In this document: positions 58,420-64,000 of the stretch, piece by piece
Layout: each line of letters begins with the position of its first letter
How positions within the stretch are numbered: the stretch's first letter is position 1
DNA from: Octopus vulgaris
Taxonomy: Eukaryota
Assembly: GCA_951406725.2 (NCBI GenBank)
Contig: OX597818.1
Location: 41,230,001 to 41,294,000 of the forward strand
Direction: 5' to 3'
Length of the DNA stretch: 64,000 bases
Program-made: the position numbers and the translations under genes
Notes under the pieces: generated by a model
Told to the model about the DNA's origin: nothing
The model's database searches: none
What the model saw: the letters and a program-made list of their open reading frames with translations, nothing else

Positions 58420-58687
58420 TTCTGTTGTGTCTGGGGAGAGTCATTCTCTTTTAGTACCTTTTTATTTAACACACTCACCGGTAAAATTTCCACTTATTTC
58501 GTCATTTTATTTTCCTAAAATTTTCGTTGCGTCTTGCAACCTTTTCAATAGTCTTGACTTGAAAAGGTTGCAAGACGCAACGAAAATTTTAGGAAAATAA
58601 AAAGACGAAATAAGTGGAAATTTTACCGGTGAGTGTGTTAAATTATAAGGCACCAAAAGAGAATGACACTCCCCAGACACAACAGAA
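58420..58687. mobile_element. Long palindrome: ~129 bp arms, 10 nt loop
   Basis: Arms are near-perfect reverse complements. A solo terminal fragment occurs at 55472-55519. Confidence 0.93.
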
Positions 58688-59182
58688 TATGCTTCAACAC
58701 TCGAACTCATATAAAGAATCTTGCAAACCAAATCCAAAAACGAAATATAACTATTTCCTTTATTTAATTTATCCATAAGCTGCCCATAAATATGTCTGTC
58801 CAACGCACTGCCTTCTATGTAAGGATAAATGTGCACTAGCTAAAGTACTTTTATATACTTTACAACTGTTACAGTATGACATACCCATGTGTATGTGTGT
58901 GTGTGTGTGTATGAGTGTGTGTGTGTGTTCGTGCGCGCGTGAATATTTGCATATATATGTATGTACGTATGTATGTGTGTATATATATATATATAGGCAA
59001 TAATAAATATACGACATCGTGAAGTATATTTGCCACCTAAATGTGGCTGAGCCATATGGTACGATGCTACTTTTGTTTATAGCCCCAGAAATAGATGCCA
59101 ACTCGAAACGTTAGTGCTGTAAAATACGCAAACGACATTCCGCTGCACGTTGCGATGTGCCTACTGTCTATTTAATGCTATA

Positions 59183-59225
59183 CAGTAATCCCTCGCCATA
59201 TTGCGGTTCACCTATCGCGGTATAT
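59183..59225 (+). mobile_element. pogo/Tigger-like TIR end
   Basis: TA + CAGTAATCCCTCGCCATATTGCGGTTC. The partner end was not seen. Confidence 0.5.
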
Positions 59226-59368
59226 TATTTAAGCTTACGTCGATTCCTCTCTGGTGTTGTTTTGCATTTATAATAAAATAAATATACACCAATTTATAAA
59301 AATGATATATATATATATATATAAGTAAATAAATGGAGTTGGACGCAGGTGTTATTCAAATTCTTTTA

Positions 59369-59454
59369 CTTTCGACATATGTTTCGAAGACAACATTGGT
59401 TTTATTCCAAATGAATAAACGATGTAAAATAATGTAATCTTCTCATCAGGAAAG
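59369..59454 (-). ncRNA. Intact type-I hammerhead ribozyme (GUC site)
   Basis: Minus strand reads ctttc CTGATGA gaaga...[long stem II]...tcttc GAAA c-atat-g TC gaaag. All core nucleotides are canonical and stem III is palindromic (acatatgt). Confidence 0.88.
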
Positions 59455-60528
59455 AAAGAGAACCTATCTCAACAACAATTCATTATAACAATATCGTTCG
59501 GTTTATCATTTATACAGTCATCAAAATTGTATGTGTGTGCATGTGTATGTGTGTGTGCGTGCGTGTGTGCGTGCGTGTGTATGTGTGAGCATATGTGTGT
59601 GCGCGCGCCTCACGTGTAACAGTGTGTGCATGTGCGTGTGCGTCTGTCTGTCTGTGTGTGTCTGTCTTTGTGTCTGTGTATGTGTCTGTGAGTGTGTGTC
59701 TCTGTAAATGTGTCTGTGTCTGTGTGTGTGTCTGTCTGTGCGCGCGCGCGTGTGCTTGTGTGCATGTGTGTATGTGTGCATGTGTCCATGTGTGCATGTG
59801 TGTGTCTGTCCTTATGTGTGCATGTGCGTGTGTGTCTGTATCCATGTGTGTGCATGTGTGTGTGCCTATACCACTAAAATTTTTACAATAATCCTATTTA
59901 GTGTTGTTAGATATGAAATATTTTTTTCCTAGTCTTCTCAAATGTTTTTCTAGTCACAGAAAGTCGAACCTACAATCTTACTTACTTTATAAAACCTATT
60001 TCTTTATAAAACAATAAGATTATCTCCCTTTTTTTCTGCCTTCTTTAATTCTCTTGTTTTTCTGGTTGCATAAAATTATTGTTAGGTGAATGACAGATAT
60101 TTTTTGCTGTTGTACCTACATGAATATTTTATATTCATGCACGCCAAAACACACTTCCATGCACGCATACATAAACACACATCTTTAGATAGATAGAGAC
60201 ATATAGGCAGATAGACAGACAGACAGGCAGACAGACAGACAGACTAAGACGCTGACTGACAGTCGAACGGATACATGTACATGCGCACATATGTATGCAT
60301 ATATCTGTGTGCGCCCGCGCATACCTGTGTGTGTATGTATGTATGTGTGTATGTATATATGTATTTAAGCGTAGATATGAAGGTATGGTTGGATCGATGA
60401 GGGAATGGAATGAAAGCATATAAACAAGTGTATCAATATTTGCATACTTATGCACACAGACACACACACACATACACACACACACACACACACACAAACG
60501 CACACGCACACATAGTCATATGTATATT

Positions 60529-60563
<35 letters not shown>

Positions 60564-60569
60564 GCAGGC

Positions 60570-60757
<188 letters not shown>

Positions 60758-61215
60758 TGATAGATATAGGTGAATGTGCATATATATGATATATATGTAT
60801 ATATGTAAATGTGCGTATATATATATATAATATACACACACCACTTTAACCCTCCGCAAAAATCCTAAATTTTATTTAATTTGCTTTGCGGGAAGGTTTG
60901 TTTTAACGAAGTCACGTCTTATCTCAACCTTTGAAACACGGAGTAAATAAAACAGGGGACAACAGATGAAGAGGTTTTTCTTTATGTTGCCTGTCTCGTT
61001 TCTCTATTTGTTTCTTTCGTTGTCCGAAGATAAGTACGTTTTCCATGTTTTTGTTTTTTTTTATGTTCTCGTTTTTCATTTCGTTCACGTTTTTTTGACG
61101 TCCTGTACGCATATATGCATGTATATATACATATATATGTAGGCATGTACACATATGTATGTATATATGCATACACATATATATTATTTATATTATATAT
61201 ACATATATATATATG

Positions 61216-61270
<55 letters not shown>

Positions 61271-61273
<3 letters not shown>

Positions 61274-61374
61274 ACTGCTCGCATAGCCAGCGGGGTGGCG
61301 TCATTTGAAGGCTAAAACAATGTGAAGCGCATTGTGACCAGCGATGTGTAGCAGCATCTGATGGTCTGGTCGGT

Positions 61375-61381
<7 letters not shown>
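61271..61381 (+). mobile_element. Short GC-richer insert in (TA)n, probably a retroelement 3' end
   Basis: Sharp boundaries with (TA)n on both sides; ends ggtcggtcacgtga. Confidence 0.5.
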
Positions 61382-61416
<35 letters not shown>

Positions 61417-62302
61417 TAACATGCCGTCAAATATTAAGGTTGACATTTTAGACATGATGTAGGCAATATTATTCATTAAAATGAATTATTTTCCTCGTCA
61501 CTCGAGTTTCACATCACTACACCCGTCAACCGAGTATTGCCTTGTTTCGATTTTCCTATTGGCTTTATATGCTTTGAAGTTGGTTTAGTATTTAGTATGA
61601 GGATATCATTTTCGTCATTTCATTCCTAGACGATCGTTTATTCTTGTTTTGCTGAGGCGTTTTCTTTGGTTATCGTTGTTTCCTTCGCCAATTCGTAGGT
61701 TACTCTAATTCTGATTGGTCACTTTCGGTGTTGTTTTTCTCATCCTGTTTTTGTAAAATTGGTTTTCTTTAATCGTTTTCTGTATTTCGCTTTCCAACAA
61801 TCAATGCTACAGTCGTCTTCACGTTGATTGGTGGTTGCGTTATTGTATCCTGTTTTGTTATTGTTGTTTATTAATTTATCGTTTTTTCATTGGCTCTTTT
61901 AGGAGTCATTCACTATCTACCTGTTGATTACATCATCTATATCCTGTTTGTCGTTGAAGTTGTCGTTTTGTGTGCTTGATACATTGTGAATTTATATGTG
62001 TAATCGCTAAACATTTTAATATACAGTAGAGTAAAATAAATAACGTCGCACGAAGCTGCGTTGACAAACATATATTTGTGTAAAGTCATACTTTACACAT
62101 TGGAGTGTATTTGGAGGTGAGAAGACCTTCTGCCGCGTAACTAATCCCTGAAGAAAATTCTCCTAGACTTGTGAGAAAACGCATCTAGAGCTGTGGATGA
62201 CGTTTTTGGAACGCAGAGGCATGCATTTCTGTGTATTTTCGCTCTACATAAAAGGATGTGTCTCCCTTGCAGCATATATTTATAAGTTTCTCTTTCTCTC
62301 AT

Positions 62303-62369
<67 letters not shown>

Positions 62370-62394
62370 ATATATATAAGTGTGTGTTGTATAC

Positions 62395-62448
<54 letters not shown>

Positions 62449-62982
62449 TATTCTCCCTTAAGTTCCAAATATACTTCGACAGAGTTGTTGCTTTTATCCT
62501 AAATATTTCGAGGTTCAGTTATATTTTCCATACCCGTTACTAGGTTTTGTATATTGTGCATTGTATTCTAAAAAACTCGGTGATGTTGGGTTTATGATAA
62601 ACTGTTGATTTCAAATGTGAATTCGATCATTAATCTCACTTTGAATTTCAACATTTATAAGGTCCAAGAAATGTTTATAGATTGAGTTTTAACCCTTATA
62701 AATAGCACCAGTAAAATTACATTCTTCAAATGTCTAAATTTATATCTTCATATTTGAATTTTCATGAAATGAAGACTTAAACTTTAAGAATAGTGAATTG
62801 ATTCATGGCCTCATTTTACACTTGTGTGGGAATAATAATATGCTGAAAATAGTTATAAGTTTTCGTCTACAAAATATTGATTATATTGGGATATCTGTTT
62901 TGAATATCAGATTTTCATGTTATTTTTATTACGTTGAAAATTTAGGCGTGGGAGTGGTGTACCTAACATAGAAAAATATCCA

Positions 62983-63048
<66 letters not shown>

Positions 63049-63049
<1 letters not shown>

Positions 63050-63539
63050 TCGTGTACATTGTTTCGTCTTGGTATAAAAGATGGACTACGGCAAATATTC
63101 TACTCAATACCACAGATTTGCTAGTCAGTTGTTCGACCTTAACCAGTTGAGCATGTCCCTTAGTGGCTGATGACATGTGCATCTCTGATCCCGAGCAGAA
63201 GTAGTGGGGGAGCATCATAGCCATGTGTTGAGAGGAATTCTTGGAGGTTTGGATAATTCACCTCTGGAAACATGGGTGTTTCGTTCAACATTCTTAAACA
63301 AACCTTATTCAAGGACCTTTTGAGCGGGATGGGCTACACAACCTGAAGAAAATTCCAACTGGGCCCTTAACTACAAGGTCATGCACTGTTTGTCTTGATA
63401 TGAGATCACCATGTCACGCGTAAATGGTTGTGATGCATATGCCTGGTGTACATGCCTGGTGTAGTCATAATGGGTATACTGGGCTTTGGTATATTTTACC
63501 CCAGTGTCACTTTGATGGCATGCACTGCGCTCTCACTCA
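63049..63539 (+). mobile_element. ~490 bp insert in (AAT)n, probably the 3' UTR of a Dong/R4-like TAA-targeting LINE
   Basis: Flanked by (AAT)n on both sides (62983-63048 and 63541-63627). No convincing ORF. Confidence 0.55.
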
Positions 63540-63549
63540 AAAATAATAA

Positions 63550-63628
<79 letters not shown>

Positions 63629-64000
63629 GAGCAAAAATAACAGAAACGTTGGGCTGCGTACATTTATGGTAGAGATTATATATTTTTCAAGGTCTGCAGC
63701 TTTAAGCTTTTCTATGCCCATAACTCCTTTCTAGTTGGAGCTTTTAAAAAATTCGACTTTGATAGCGCAAAGAGACTGTCATTTCGGAAGAGTTCCACAA
63801 ACAGAATGAAAGAGGACGGACGGGATGAAGCGCCAAAGTGTTGCAGGCACAAACCGATGGAGAGGGAATGAGGGTGGGGCTATAACTGATTCGGGTTTGT
63901 CTTTTGTTTTTTTGTTGTTTCTTTTTGTTGTTATTTTTTTTTTTTTTTGGTTTTTCGAACTTCGAGCCATTTATTTGAAAAATAACATAAAATAAAATAA

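Noticed and set aside
62145-62190. CTGAAGA with a ttctc/gagaa stem
   Set aside because: GAAA lies inside the stem, so the geometry is wrong.

Overview
This is eukaryotic, AT-rich, extremely microsatellite-dense DNA. The repeat complement looks like a cephalopod (Octopus-type) intron or intergenic region, an inference from the SINE types and simple-repeat density. Nearly all entries in the ORF track are translations of simple repeats. I find no complete protein-coding gene, only one plausible minus-strand terminal exon (3768-3868) and one promoter-like motif cluster (48801-48882). The non-simple sequence is mostly mobile DNA: at least three tRNA-derived SINE families (here A, B, C) with swapped modules, an RTE-related short element, 3' ends of CR1-type and R4/Dong-type LINEs, a non-autonomous Helitron, and Tc1/mariner, pogo-like and piggyBac-like relics. 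The most interesting signal is about eight minimal type-I hammerhead ribozyme cores (CUGANGA...GAAA...NUH). They are unrelated to each other outside the core, mostly sit in short inserts next to (TA)n tracts, and two lie inside fold-back palindromes. Together with degraded Penelope-like GIY-YIG ends, this points to a diverse Penelope-like/retrozyme-like population associated with TA microsatellites. All alignments and folds were done by eye, and family names are from recall rather than database searches.
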